From Eledone cirrhosa (lineage: Eukaryota): a stretch of 64,000 nt of DNA. This document shows positions 13,748 to 25,720 of the stretch, piece after piece. A program made the position numbers and the translations under genes. The notes beneath the pieces are model-generated. The model was not told the origin of the DNA. It made no database searches and saw only the letters and a list, made by a program, of their open reading frames with translations. Where the stretch lies: NCBI GenBank assembly GCA_964016885.1, contig OZ024743.1:347820001-347884000 (forward strand), given 5' to 3'. The stretch's first letter is position 1, and every line of letters begins with the position of its first letter.

Positions 13748-16700
13748 CTACAGGCTGATATAGAGAGAAGGCCCATTCACTCGGGCCATTCTCGCCACTT
13801 TCACCCACCTTTCATAAAACTTGCTGGGGTACAGCACCTCTCTCTCCATCCTGATTCTTCTTCCAAAGTGGTATTTGAAAAAAAGAATCAGTTGTTGGCC
13901 GGAGAGAAAGGTGTCTGACCTCAGCCCTTTCAACCTTGTCCACCATACAACCTCTTTCGCCATAGCTATCACACAAAGGAAAACCGCCTCTCCTTCGTTT
14001 TTGAAGGAGGGTGGCGGTTTGATCATGACAATGGACTCGGTGGTCAACTGGATTGGTCCCACCCGCGACAATAGTCGTTCTACATATCCCCACAGGTCAG
14101 TGACGCCCGGGCAGTGTATGAATGCGTGCGCGACGGTTTCTTCGTCTCGCACGCACCTCGGACAGATCTTTTTTGTAGGGTCCCTGCCCGGGCGCCCATG
14201 TCTGTAGAGCTTGTCTCGAACTGGTAGAGCTCCTCGGTAGCACTGCCAGGCCAGGGACTTTTGGAAGTTGTCCATCGGTCCCGGGCGGAAGGTCCTACCG
14301 AACAGACTGGCCAGTTCATCTTCCTCCACGCCCAGAGTTTCACCGAGCGCGTCGTCGCACTTGCTGCGGACCAACCCTCTATAGAATGACGAAGTGGAGT
14401 CTCCACTGATCGCCGGGTCCGCCTGCCAGAGGGCTGTGAGCGCCTGAGCACATTCGATGTGCCAGTCGCCCATTTTCCTCGGTCTCTGCTTGACCCAGGA
14501 CTGCAGCTCGGTCAGTGAGACGAGTCGTGGGAAGGCTCGCCTCACGAACGGGGCCCACACCGGTTGTCCGGTGAGGAATACGTAGAGATGCCGCAGCCTG
14601 AGCGCGTGTTTGCGCATCGTCAACCACGGCATCCCCAGCCCTCCGTTAGAAGGGTGTTGGCAGCAGATGGATCTTCTTACCAAAGGAGCCCGCCTCTTCC
14701 AAAGGAATCGGAAGAGGGCGCGCTCCATTTTGGCGAGCGTTTTGGCTGGACAAGGCACGACGGTCAAGCGGTAGTAGATGGCGGACGCTATAAAAGTGTT
14801 CGCCACCTCCGCTCGACCTTTCAAGGATAGTTTGCACTCGGCCCACTTCTGGGTGAGTGCAAACACCTTGGCCGTCACTTCGTTCCAGTTCTTCTCCACC
14901 TGGAGGTCCGGACCATACCAGGCCCCGAGCAGCTTTACCGGTCCTTCCGTCCAGCGTCCGACGACGCCATCGGAAGGCATCGGTCTGCCTCTCCACGATC
15001 CGAGTTGCAAACCGATGGACTTGTCCCGGTTCAGCTTCGCTCCTGTGAGACTTTCGTATTCCTTTAGTAAGGTGCCGACTTTCTCGATTTGCGAGGCGCT
15101 CGACACCATTACTGTCACGTCGTCGGCGTGGGCCGACGCCGCTTTCCGCAGTCCCGGTTCCAGAGGGATGCCCTGCAATAGCTCCAGCTTCCGCAGTAGT
15201 GGCTCGAGAGTCAGTACGTACAGAAGGGAGGAGAGAGGGCATCCCTGTCGAATGGATCGCGTAATATGGAACGGCTCCGAGAGGTAACCGTTCACCTTGA
15301 CCCTTGAGCAGATGTTGCTGTTGTGCATTGCAGCAATCCAGCCCCTGAACACGGGTCCGAAGCCTGCCGCCTCGAGCACCGCATCCAGGTAACGATGGTC
15401 AACCCTATCGAAAGCCTTAGACTGATCCAAGTTGATCAGGGCCCCACCGAAGCCGGGTTTACACCCTACCCTCTTTATGATGTATCGCATGAGGTGGAGG
15501 TTGTCGTGTATGGACCTGGTCGGGATCGCGCATGTCTGCGCTTCTCCCACCAGGTTCTCGACGACAAGCGCCAGCCTCTTTGCCAACACCTTGGCCAAAA
15601 TCTGTAACTCTGTGCTTAGCAGAGTTATGGGCCGGAAGTTGCCTATGTCATCCCCCTTATTCTCGTCCTTCCTGATTAGTGTGACCACGCCCCCGGTTAC
15701 AGAATTGGGAATTCTCCCGTTCTGTTGCCAGTTGCAGTAGACCGCTTCCAGGAGACCGGAGAATAAGTCCGGCATTGCTACGTAAAATTCGTAGGGTAGA
15801 CCGTCGAGACCTGGAGATTTGCGTTTGCCGCAATGGCTCAGCGCGTCCCCTATCTCAGTGGCTGAAATCGGCTTTTCGCAGAACTTCGCCTCGCTGTCCG
15901 AGAGTCGCGGTAGGCCGTCGAGGTATGGACCGAAATCCATAGCCTCTCCCGGCGCGCCGCTCCCCCCGAACAGCCGAGCAAAGTGCCGCTGAAAAGCCGC
16001 ACACATCTGCTTCGGCTCACGTATCACGCGTCCGTTTTGGTCCTTCAAAGACCGAATCGTGGACTTGTTGCCACTTTTTGCCTCCGTCACTCGGGCCCAG
16101 CTAACAGCTTTGGCTCCCTCGTTTCCCAGAGCACGTATTTTCCTTCTGACAACGCAGCCCTCGTGCTTTGCGTCGAAGAACTGGTCCAAGGCCGTTCTCG
16201 TTGCTAGCACGCTGGCTACGTTGCCACTTCTAATAGCCTCTTCTACTTTATCTACCAGTTCCTTCTCGGTTCTATTTCTATCTAACGCTAATTCTTTACT
16301 AAAAACTATCGAGTCTAATCTAACTGCCCTCCTGAGAGAGTACCACCATCTGTTGTTGACAATGGCCCCTGTCAAGTGCTGTTTAACTAAAGTGCTAATC
16401 CGTCTACTGTAGGCTTTGCTTGTCGGTAACGACAAGTTCAGCTTCCAGTAGCCGGGTCCTTGTCTATGGGTTCTATCAAGGTTGGCCATGCAGGTCACTA
16501 GTTTGTGATCTGAATAGGCAACCATGAACATTTGTGGACAGCTTAACATGTCCCTATCCTTATTTCTAACTAGAACCCTATCTAGGTACGATCTAGATGT
16601 TCCGCTACGATTACTCCACGTCCACAGTGGCGCAGTCGGAAAATCTAGTCGATATCTATCGGCCAGGTCAAATCGGTCGATTAACTGTTTGAGGCTGTTA

Positions 16701-17185
16701 CACCCCCCTTTATCGGGACATGCTCCCACATAGTCCCAACGTGCATCTAGGATTCCATTCCAGTCCCCCACTAAAAGCAAGGAGCGGGACGTTCCCAGAA
16801 AAGTCTCTAGACGTTTGAAGAAGTCTGGCCGCGGTGTCCCGGATGGGGCATATGCGGCCACCAGCCTGAACGCTCCACTTTCACTACCGTCAACGTCTAG
16901 GACCACCAGTCGACCCTCCGGGTCCAGATGTACCGTCTGTGTTACGAGGCCCAGGTGTTTCCGCAGCAAAACGGAAACTCCGCCCCCACCCCCCGGTTGA
17001 CAGAGAGATGCGTAGATCTCAAAGTCATCGAAGATGGGGGCCAGCTGTCGCTCGCCGTGGATCCTGGACTCGCAAATGGCTACCACATCCAAACTGTGCG
17101 ACCTGAGGTCGTTTAAGAGTTTGCCCTGTTTCCAGGGCATCCCCAGGCCGCGTACGTTCACACATCCAACTCTTATATTGGCCAT
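13748..17185 (-). CDS. LINE ORF2: APE endonuclease + reverse transcriptase + C-terminal Cys/His finger
   Basis: NVRGL, GDWN, SYLDRVL, SDH (APE); KSPGLDG, FRPITLL, LDQSKAFDRVDH, IRQGCPLS, HADD (RT); CPRC..ETVAHAFIHC. 1145 aa, uninterrupted. Confidence 0.96.
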   Translation of the reverse strand: MANIRVGCVNVRGLGMPWKQGKLLNDLRSHSLDVVAICESRIHGERQLAPIFDDFEIYASLCQPGGGGGVSVLLRKHLGLVTQTVHLDPEGRLVVLDVDGSESGAFRLVAAYAPSGTPRPDFFKRLETFLGTSRSLLLVGDWNGILDARWDYVGACPDKGGCNSLKQLIDRFDLADRYRLDFPTAPLWTWSNRSGTSRSYLDRVLVRNKDRDMLSCPQMFMVAYSDHKLVTCMANLDRTHRQGPGYWKLNLSLPTSKAYSRRISTLVKQHLTGAIVNNRWWYSLRRAVRLDSIVFSKELALDRNRTEKELVDKVEEAIRSGNVASVLATRTALDQFFDAKHEGCVVRRKIRALGNEGAKAVSWARVTEAKSGNKSTIRSLKDQNGRVIREPKQMCAAFQRHFARLFGGSGAPGEAMDFGPYLDGLPRLSDSEAKFCEKPISATEIGDALSHCGKRKSPGLDGLPYEFYVAMPDLFSGLLEAVYCNWQQNGRIPNSVTGGVVTLIRKDENKGDDIGNFRPITLLSTELQILAKVLAKRLALVVENLVGEAQTCAIPTRSIHDNLHLMRYIIKRVGCKPGFGGALINLDQSKAFDRVDHRYLDAVLEAAGFGPVFRGWIAAMHNSNICSRVKVNGYLSEPFHITRSIRQGCPLSSLLYVLTLEPLLRKLELLQGIPLEPGLRKAASAHADDVTVMVSSASQIEKVGTLLKEYESLTGAKLNRDKSIGLQLGSWRGRPMPSDGVVGRWTEGPVKLLGAWYGPDLQVEKNWNEVTAKVFALTQKWAECKLSLKGRAEVANTFIASAIYYRLTVVPCPAKTLAKMERALFRFLWKRRAPLVRRSICCQHPSNGGLGMPWLTMRKHALRLRHLYVFLTGQPVWAPFVRRAFPRLVSLTELQSWVKQRPRKMGDWHIECAQALTALWQADPAISGDSTSSFYRGLVRSKCDDALGETLGVEEDELASLFGRTFRPGPMDNFQKSLAWQCYRGALPVRDKLYRHGRPGRDPTKKICPRCVRDEETVAHAFIHCPGVTDLWGYVERLLSRVGPIQLTTESIVMIKPPPSFKNEGEAVFLCVIAMAKEVVWWTRLKGLRSDTFLSGQQLILFFKYHFGRRIRMEREVLYPSKFYERWVKVARMARVNGPSLYISL

Positions 17186-17218
17186 GTTGGTGCTGAAAAG
17201 TTAAAAGAGGAAAAGAGA

Positions 17219-19030
17219 TCACTCACCCTTCGCCTCCTGGGGACCAGGCCGCACGATTTCCATGGGGGTGTTGGAGGGGTTGTCTGGATGGGTGGTGGTT
17301 TCCGGCGGGGTGGGGACGCAGATGTTTGGTGGGGTGGGGTCTGGTGGGATGGGGGTGTCTGGGGTGGGGAGGCATTTGAGAAGGACGCGGTTGAGTGGTT
17401 TCACGCAGGAATTCCCCACATCCTTCTCAAATGTTTCTTTTAGGGACCTATAAGTTTGTATAGGGACCCTAATCAGTTTTAGGTTCATTTTTTTGCTATT
17501 TTTTATAGAGTGGGCGAAAGTTTTCCCTTCGGTGAAAACCGAAGGGTCGTTCGTAATGGTCTCCATTAGTGTTTTGTTTTCAGTGTTTATGTAAGTGTAA
17601 GTGTAATTTTCTTGTGTTGTGTTTGTTTTTGTCTGTAGTTCTTGTGTGTGCTTTCGTTTTGTTGTAGGTATTTTGTTTTCAGGAGGTGGGGGTTTTGTTT
17701 GTGATATTTTTGTTGTTTGTGTTGGTGGTTGTATGTTTGTGGTAGTGTTTGCTGGTTTTTTGCTTTTGTGATGTCTTTTCTTTCTTTTCGAGCGATGGGG
17801 TTCTCCCTCGTCTTCACTGGGTGATGGCGAGATAGCCTCATCTGTTGTATCGTCTGTGTGATTGGGGAGGGGTATGTCTTGGGGAGCTGTTGTGTCTGTA
17901 TGTGATTTTGCAGTGGTTTTAGGTGGAGTGAGGTTGGGTGGGACTGTGTTTGTTGTGGTTATTTTTGTGTGTTGGTGTTGTTGTTGTAGTGGTGGTGTTG
18001 GTGGTTGTGTTGTTTTGATGGGTGTTGGCAGAAGAGCCTTTTTTTGGTTCATTAGTTTAGGACAGGAAGCCCTCAGGTGACCCCTGCTAAAGCAATGGTA
18101 ACATGAAGGCCGCCTACCCTCAACCGAAAGGTTTATGTAGGTAAGTCCGTCCAGGAGTACACGCTGTGGGATCATAGCTATTCGCTCTGGGCTCATTTGC
18201 ACCAGAACTTCAATGCTAGTCCCATTGAATACATCTCTGGGGGACTTGCCTACTGACAGTATTCTGTCTTCATCAAAATTGATGAAGCCGCACAGTATCC
18301 ACCATATGTTCACCTTTGGTGTGACACTTGTGATTCTGATCTTTTGTGTCCTTTTTCCCATGTATGTAGGGAAAAAGGTGTACAGGTTGGATACAATTGG
18401 CGACACAGAGTAATTTTGGGCCGTCAATTGATCCTTCATCAGTACCGAAATACTCCCAAAAAGTTTGCTTCTTTGAATGAATGCAATATCATTCATTGAA
18501 TCTTTGAAAACCAGTTCAATATCTTTCTGTGACAATTGGACTGGTTTTCGGGTAGAATTGGAAACTGTCCTAAAAACTATCGTTTTGAGAGCAGTTTCCT
18601 TGCGAATTTCTACCGGAGAATTGATGCTGAAAGCACCATTTTTTTCGAAGGTGACATATCTCTTAGCGTCCTTTAAAATGTGTTCAGCATTTGTTATGTC
18701 GAGATATATCAATTGTTCTTTCTTTTGAACTTTCTCCGCAAAGGAGATTTTTGGTTTCTTTGTGGAATCCGTATTGGTGGTGTTGTCATTATTGTTGTTA
18801 TTCTTGTTGTTATTCTTGTTGTCACCGATGTTGGTATCATCCGTATTTTCCTTGGTGTTGTTGTTGTCTTTGATGCTGGTGTTATTGGCGTTGTCTTTAT
18901 TTTTTTCTTTGTTGTTGTTATCATTGTTGCTTTTATCATCATTATTGGATTTGCTGTTATTTTTGTTGTCATTGAGCTGTTTGGTGTCATTTGTGTTGTT
19001 TGGATGTGAATTCGTTTTTTTTATTTTCAT
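17219..19030 (-). CDS. LINE ORF1 nucleic-acid-binding protein
   Basis: Immediately upstream of ORF2. Single CCHC knuckle CYHCFSRGHLRASC, Asn-rich N-terminus, Pro/Thr-rich C-terminus. 603 aa. Confidence 0.88.
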   Translation of the reverse strand: MKIKKTNSHPNNTNDTKQLNDNKNNSKSNNDDKSNNDNNNKEKNKDNANNTSIKDNNNTKENTDDTNIGDNKNNNKNNNNNDNTTNTDSTKKPKISFAEKVQKKEQLIYLDITNAEHILKDAKRYVTFEKNGAFSINSPVEIRKETALKTIVFRTVSNSTRKPVQLSQKDIELVFKDSMNDIAFIQRSKLFGSISVLMKDQLTAQNYSVSPIVSNLYTFFPTYMGKRTQKIRITSVTPKVNIWWILCGFINFDEDRILSVGKSPRDVFNGTSIEVLVQMSPERIAMIPQRVLLDGLTYINLSVEGRRPSCYHCFSRGHLRASCPKLMNQKKALLPTPIKTTQPPTPPLQQQHQHTKITTTNTVPPNLTPPKTTAKSHTDTTAPQDIPLPNHTDDTTDEAISPSPSEDEGEPHRSKRKKRHHKSKKPANTTTNIQPPTQTTKISQTKPPPPENKIPTTKRKHTQELQTKTNTTQENYTYTYINTENKTLMETITNDPSVFTEGKTFAHSIKNSKKMNLKLIRVPIQTYRSLKETFEKDVGNSCVKPLNRVLLKCLPTPDTPIPPDPTPPNICVPTPPETTTHPDNPSNTPMEIVRPGPQEAKGE

Positions 19031-19574
19031 TTTGTCTTTCCATCTCTATAGTATCTAGTGAAGAAGACGTTGTTGACTGCGAGCTTTGTAGTCTTACCGC
19101 CTCTCCACCACCATTATCGTTGGACGCAGCGTTCATAACGTAATCAAAATTTTACAATATTTTTTCCAAGATTCGATGGAGAAAAATTTTTTAAATGGAT
19201 ATTCCGCCCCTGAAGGGGCGAAAATGAGTTGACCCACCACCTGAAGGTCCAGACGGGTGGTCAAGTTACACAATGATATAAAATTGAACTAAAAACTCAC
19301 GTTTTTTCCTTACATAAATTAACGGAAACTTCTCCGCGAAGTGACACACGACTGATAGAGAGATAGATAGATAGATAGATAGATAGATATACAATATATA
19401 TATAATCGTGCTCACCCGGGTCAATCTGCAGTAACTCCGCGTTACACTCCCTGTATATATATATATAAGTATTAAGTTGTTAAACAATATTCGATGATTA
19501 TGTCAAAGAAAGGGTTTTACAGTAGATTGGAACCATCAACGAAAAAAAAATAATTTTCAGGAGTTATTAATATT

Positions 19575-19633
<59 letters not shown>

Positions 19634-19675
19634 ATTATAAGTATTAATAACATAGATGTTCTTTTCATCAATTGC

Positions 19676-19729
19676 ATTTTATTATACATATTTCGGATGT
19701 ACAACAGGACGCCTTCATCAGACAAAATA
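19676..19729 (-). ncRNA. Type I hammerhead, related to the one at 60032-60097
   Basis: attttgt-CTGATGA-a-gg..cc-GAAA-tatgta-TA-ataaaat. Confidence 0.7.
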
Positions 19730-19844
19730 TAATGATACATGACATACCCTGAGATGTTAAATAGTTAAGACTTAATCAAAGTATTCACTACCTTGATTAA
19801 ATCTTAACCATTTAACATCTCAGGGTATGTCATGTATCATTATA

Positions 19845-20551
19845 ATACGATGTTAATTCTCGCAACAAAAGCAACATGCTCTATAAAATTGGATTAAAGA
19901 ACAACAAGCTGTAATATTCTAACCTAATTCATCAAGCATCCAATATTGAATCATTGTAGATTATGTGAAGGACATATTCTCTATATATTACGTTTCCTGG
20001 ATTGTGAAAATGGTGGTGTATACGAAAACCATAACATTGTTTTGCTTCTCATTTTTAATATTTTTAATATTTCTCTGCACACAAGCTTCGATATCATACA
20101 TATAAAAAATACTTTACCAATACAACACCCATAATACTCTTGTTTGTCCGCTTAAAGTGCTTGTATTACATATAACACCCTGCCGCACTATAATCTTATA
20201 TAAATAAGACACACGTGCATGCCCCTCGTGTAACTATTGCATACACTAACTACTTCTAACTATCCTCTTCCATTATCTTCGTAAACTGCCAATGTTGTAT
20301 TTTAACTTTAATTTTGTTTCCATTTAATATGACTTTAATCTTTGAATGTAAATTGCCATGCTAAAATATTATAATGGATGTCAACCCACTGTGCATCAAT
20401 ATATACATATGTTTCTGTATGTCTCTTGTGTTGGAAAGGAGGTCATGTATGTAAACAATCATTGAAAAATTGCTCCGAAGACACCAAACCTCGGTTTGGA
20501 AGAAACAATTGTAAGCGAATAAATGGTTTGAACAGAACTTTGATTCAAGTA

Positions 20552-20555
<4 letters not shown>
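19845..20555 (+). mobile_element. Decayed PLE 3' end with HHR
   Basis: NHCRLCEGHILYIL at ~19950 resembles the CxLC-E..IL PLE C-terminus. Ends in an HHR then (TA)n. Confidence 0.55.
20467..20518 (+). ncRNA. Type I hammerhead (U4>C variant)
   Basis: ttgct-CCGAAGA-ca-ccaaacc tc ggtttgg-aa-GAAA-caattg-TA-agcga. Confidence 0.65.
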
Positions 20556-20610
<55 letters not shown>

Positions 20611-20679
20611 AACGAGTGGGACCCCGACGGCTGAGCTCAAGCCGTTTCGACGGCTAATTCATATACATGTATGTGAATG

Positions 20680-23600
20680 CCGATTCCAACCATCCCCACT
20701 CAATACTAAATGCAATTATTAAAGGCGTATCTAATAGGATTAGTCGTTTATCTTGTAACGAAGACATTTTTAACTCAAATGTTGAATATTATAACGATGC
20801 ACTAGCAAAATCCGGGTATAGGAATAACCTATATTACATACCTACTAGCCTATTAGCTCCCAATCCACCCATGCTGGACCTAATAGTATAATTACGCACA
20901 ATATGTCATTGAATAATAATAGTAATAAAAATAGGACTAGGGATAAAAGCCCTACGGTGATTGGTACGGCCTGGCACCGACAGAATGGCCCTGTTTTGCA
21001 TCCTCCCCATATTCCTTCTGGTGACATTAATAGCGGTATGATGAGATCTAGAATCTCTACGCATCGTGGTGTTATTAATGGGAGTAGTGAGCAAAATAAT
21101 GCGGGAGTTTCACAGCAGGTATATCCTGGCAATAATATTGACGGCGGTAAGGGTAATGGTAGTTCTAACATTAACCTGGATCTGTGGGGAAAAATAGAAA
21201 AAATAGAAGAAGACTGAACACATACTTTAACCCACCCTACAACTCTGAAGTCTTAACTAACATACCCAAAACATTCTTCTTAATCCTAGAAAAGAATTTC
21301 CCACCTGGCAGTAGATACCATAGTATAATTAAATAAAAATACGATTATATTATCTTACTCCATTACCCAAAATTTGGCCTACCACCTAGCACGCACTAAT
21401 AATAGGAAAATTAGGGTAGGGTTCTACACAATCAAATCTGTAAATGACTACCAACAACCTTACACATTGGGAAATGAGGTTCCTGAGTTTGGTAGCAACA
21501 CCTCGGTAGAACATATACCATATCGGGAAGGTTTTACCAACCGGCCCTCCCAGGACACGAACAGCAACACACAGCAACATTGTATTTGTAGATGGAGTGA
21601 AAATTGCCCTTTGAAGGGCAATTGCCTCACGAGAAGCATAGTTTATGCATGTGATGTTGTAACGGCAACCTCCACCAAAACATATGTGGGCTCTACTTCT
21701 ACATCATTTAAGACTAGATACAACTCCCACAAATATACATTGAGCTACGATAGGCTCAAGAATGCCACCTCCCTAGCTAAATATGTTGACTTTTTAAAAA
21801 ATGATAGTATCGATTATACCCTTAATTGGAGATTGGTGACTAAATCTACGCCCTACTGCCTCCCTAGCAAAACTTGTAACCTGTGCCTTCTAGAGTCTCC
21901 CGCCATAATATATACTAGATGTAACCTGCTCAATAGGAAATCAGAGATATTTACTTCTTGTATACACATGAATCTTAATTCCTTTTACCACTTTTAGCTA
22001 ATTAATTAGATCTGCCGAGGAATCACTCCTCCCTATTCAGTACCCCTGTAGCACACTCTTAACTTTACGCCTCATTATTCCTATTTCCTTAACCAACTAT
22101 CTTCCCCTCCTGTGGACCTCCCTCGGTATGTAAGTTTGTATGACAATGGGGCCTTCTGTTCCATTGCATTTACATGTTGCCTGATAATCCGTTGGTCTCT
22201 TCTGTGCCCAGACCACGGTACGAATGTCTAAATTCCCAGGGGTGACCACCATGAGACCTTGACTTCGTGGCTTCCCTATAGCCACCGTGGTTGGGTAATA
22301 AGACAACCCATCAGCCCCAACTCGAGGGTTACTGGTGTGTGTGAGTGTACGCCTTGCCCTAGTTTGAGCTACAGATTTATATTTATTTTGTTGAATTTTT
22401 GGTCCCGGATCGTTAGCATAACGTCCTAAGTATTGTCCCGCCTTGATGGCGAATGATACTGTATCGTATATGGCAGCCCATTGCTATTACGAGGAAGGTA
22501 ATTCAACTACTCGCCCTATCTAGCTTAGTCCCACAGACCGATATGGGCATATATGGTTCAATTGTTTGACCCTCCCTACTACGAGAGATGCGTGCACTGC
22601 CCGCTCCCCATACTTGGTAATGGATGCAGTTCGTACCGGGTATGGTGACACCGTGCTTGCACCTCAGAAGTATTAGAGATCCCTTTACCGTAGAACCTAT
22701 ATGTTATACTATCTGTTTGAACCCTACCCGTTTGAATACTCCCCATAATAGAATAAGTAAAGATATCCTTGGGCTCATTGACATATCATAAGGTAACCGC
22801 GATTCAATAGTCTTTAGTATGACAAGCTTGACTATTCTGGAGGTCCAATAATAATTAATAATTATATAGTTTTTATTTTTACGAATCTTGTTGAATTAGT
22901 ATTGTTATTCTGTTGGTGATTACAATTTTGGTGGTGGTTAGAATTAAATAGCCTTATAGATGACACGTTAGAGTAGACCCCTTTCTCTACCACTGTAACG
23001 TCATTACTTGGTGACTGAAGGGAGTAACACCCCGTATGTATCTTCTGCGTCATGAATTGATGTGTATATACCCATAGCGGTGACGAACGAAGTAGCGTGT
23101 GTTTATTTTTTATGGAGCCGAATTCCTAAATTTCCGCGGGGTATGTAAGCTGTCTTATATAATTTTTTTATGCCTGTATGACTCCACCTAACAGACATAC
23201 TGGGTACCTGGTGGATTTAATGATTTGAGCACTTTGTGTTATTTTCTGTTTTGTATAGATTGTTAACCACGTGCTGTATGAGTTTGGTCAACGGTGAACC
23301 ACTGCTGCACTTACCCTCGCATTATTTTGACGTGTTCGCGGCTGGATTAGGTGTGACGAATTTGGTTGTACAGAATCTGGAGCTGCAACTTGAACACATT
23401 GTACTTCACGGTCTGGGATTTTAAACATGCGGAGATTTTTTGATGTGTAAATTCAGCCTGTAATACATGTTACTATATGTGATGATATGTTTTGGTGAGC
23501 GTATGAATCCGACTGGATTGCACTTTACGGACGATCTACATATGTTCCAAACTCTGGACCGAATTACTATCTACGGACAATCCACTATCTTTATAACTCA

Positions 23601-24160
23601 TAGACAATCGGGGCATATTAAGCCGACTGGACTAACCTCTACGGTAGATATGCATATGTAGTGACTCCTCGCCAGAAGTGTGTTTTTTACAGGAACTAAA
23701 CCATTTTTGTTAGGTATTTTTGCATCAGCTTAATCCTGCAATAACCCCGCTTTGCTTGTGTTTGGCTTGTATTGATGTGGTGCCTGTCTATATACAGGTG
23801 TAGCACCCATGTTCCACGCAATTCCGTAACCTACTAGTATACCTTGATTATTTATACTATGGGGAGGAATAAAATCCCCTTTGGACTTTCTGAAGGTACT
23901 TTGGTAGCCTCTTAGTATTTCTATAACTCTAAGCTATGGAGAACTGAATCACCTGTTATATATAGTGAACAACACAGCTTCCTCCGGTTTTTTGTGTGCT
24001 TTAAATCTTTTCTTGTTTCATTTTAATTTTCTTTATCTCTTTATATTATTATTTTCCTTTTACGTTATTATTATATGTCTTAACTATTGTTTATACTTTT
24101 TTTCTTTTGTTTGCCCTCACGTGATTCCGCACCTTGGGAAAAAATCTGCCTGTAACCTAT
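20680..24160 (+). mobile_element. 5'-truncated, frameshifted Penelope-like element with long 3' region
   Basis: SNHPHSILNAIIKGVSNRISRLS..YYNDALAKSGY; YFNPPY; 21374-21997 CICRWSENCPLKGNC..YVGSTSTSFKTRYNSH..CNLCLLES..LLNRKSE..CIH. The 3' boundary is inferred from the TA run. Confidence 0.85.
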
Positions 24161-24483
24161 ATGTATATATTTATATATATATAAATTGAAACAAAATGAA
24201 AACGAAATTTCATTTCTCACTCTTAGTATGGCACTTACTTAAATGTAAGTATGCATGTATACGTACATACATATATGTATACAGACGTACAGTAGCATGC
24301 ACATATATATATATATATACATATATACATACATATGCATACAGGTACACATACATATATGCACGTATCAGTTTAGCGGCGCTAACGTCGCTTTGTTCGT
24401 TTGTAAACAAACTGAACAGCCTGAATTTATGCCATACGGTGTTAAGGCAACCACGTCACCTTTTTGTTCAACACTGACACAGG

Positions 24484-24528
24484 AACGATGTACTAGTTTC
24501 AAGCTTGTTAGCTATCATCAGCACCGTT
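24484..24528 (-). ncRNA. Minimal type I hammerhead (unit 1)
   Basis: aacggtg-CTGATGA-t-agct aaca agct-t-GAAA-ctag-TA-catcgtt. Confidence 0.9.
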
Positions 24529-24951
24529 TACCCATCTGCCAGATAGTTGAACGTTCGAAAGTATATACTTTCCTTATGAAAATTAACGGCTGAGCAGCCT
24601 AATTTGCATATTGAGTGAGTTAAATCGGTCAGGCATACCGAAAACGATAAATTGAAACAAAATGAAAACGAAATTTCATTTCTCACTCTTAGTATGGCAC
24701 TTACTTAAATGTAAGTATGCATGTATACGTACATACATATATGTATACAGACGTACAGTAGCATGCACATATATATATATATATATACATATATACATAC
24801 ATATGCATACAGGTACACATACATATATGCACGTATCAGTTTAGCGGCGCTAACGTCGCTTTGTTCGTTTGTAAACAAACTGAACAGCCTGAATTTATGC
24901 CATACGGTGTTAAGGCAACCACGTCACCTTTTTGTTCAACACTGACACAGG

Positions 24952-24996
24952 AACGATGTACTAGTTTCAAGCTTGTTAGCTATCATCAGCACCGTT
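24952..24996 (-). ncRNA. Minimal type I hammerhead (unit 2)
   Basis: Identical to unit 1. Confidence 0.9.
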
Positions 24997-25417
24997 TACC
25001 CATCTGCCAGATAGTTGAACGTTCGAAAGTATATACTTTCCTTATGAAAATTAACGGCTGAGCAGCCTAATTTGCATATTGAGTGAGTTAAATCGGTCAG
25101 GCATACCGAAAACGATAAATTGAAACAAAATGAAAACGAAATTTCATTTCTCACTCTTAGTATGGCACTTACTTAAATGTAAGTATGCATGTATACGTAC
25201 ATACATATATGTATACAGACGTACAGTAGCATGCACATATATATATATATATACATATATACATACATATGCATACAGGTACACATACATATATGCACGT
25301 ATCAGTTTAGCGGCGCTAACGTCGCTTTGTTCGTTTGTAAACAAACTGAACAGCCTGAATTTATGCCATACGGTGTTAAGGCAACCACGTCACCTTTTTG
25401 TTCAACACTGACACAGG

Positions 25418-25462
25418 AACGATGTACTAGTTTCAAGCTTGTTAGCTATCATCAGCACCGTT
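25418..25462 (-). ncRNA. Minimal type I hammerhead (unit 3)
   Basis: Identical to unit 1. Confidence 0.9.
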
Positions 25463-25675
25463 TACCCATCTGCCAGATAGTTGAACGTTCGAAAGTATAT
25501 ACTTTCCTTATGAAAATTAACGGCTGAGCAGCCTAATTTGCATATTGAGTGAGTTAAATCGGTCAGGCATACCGAAAACGATAAATTGAAACATATGCAA
25601 ATTAGGCTGCTCAGCCGTTAATTTTCATAAGGAAAGTATATACTTTCGAACGTTCAACTATCTGGCAGATGGGTA

Positions 25676-25720
25676 AACGGTGCTGATGATAGCTAACAAG
25701 CTTGAAACTAGTACATCGTT
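25676..25720 (+). ncRNA. Minimal type I hammerhead (inverted unit)
   Basis: aacggtgCTGATGAtagctaacaagcttGAAActagTAcatcgtt read directly on the + strand. Confidence 0.9.

Larger units (their letters stand above)
13510..19353 (-). mobile_element. Full-length L1/Tx1-clade non-LTR retrotransposon (~5.8 kb)
   Basis: ~320-bp 5' UTR, ORF1, 33-bp spacer, ORF2, 3' UTR with AATAAA. (GATA)n tracts on both sides. Confidence 0.95.

Noticed and set aside
21200-21240. TGA at 21215-21217 as possible selenocysteine codon (some Naiad PLEs encode selenoproteins)
   Set aside because: The conserved downstream peptide (RRRLNTYFNPPY) is in a different frame, so this is a frameshift. The intact 737-aa ORF has no in-frame TGA.
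24181-25593. 466-bp array as pseudo-LTRs of the adjacent PLE (20680-24160)
   Set aside because: The direct units' HHRs are antisense to that PLE, a TA run separates them, and the family recurs at 7383 beside a different PLE.
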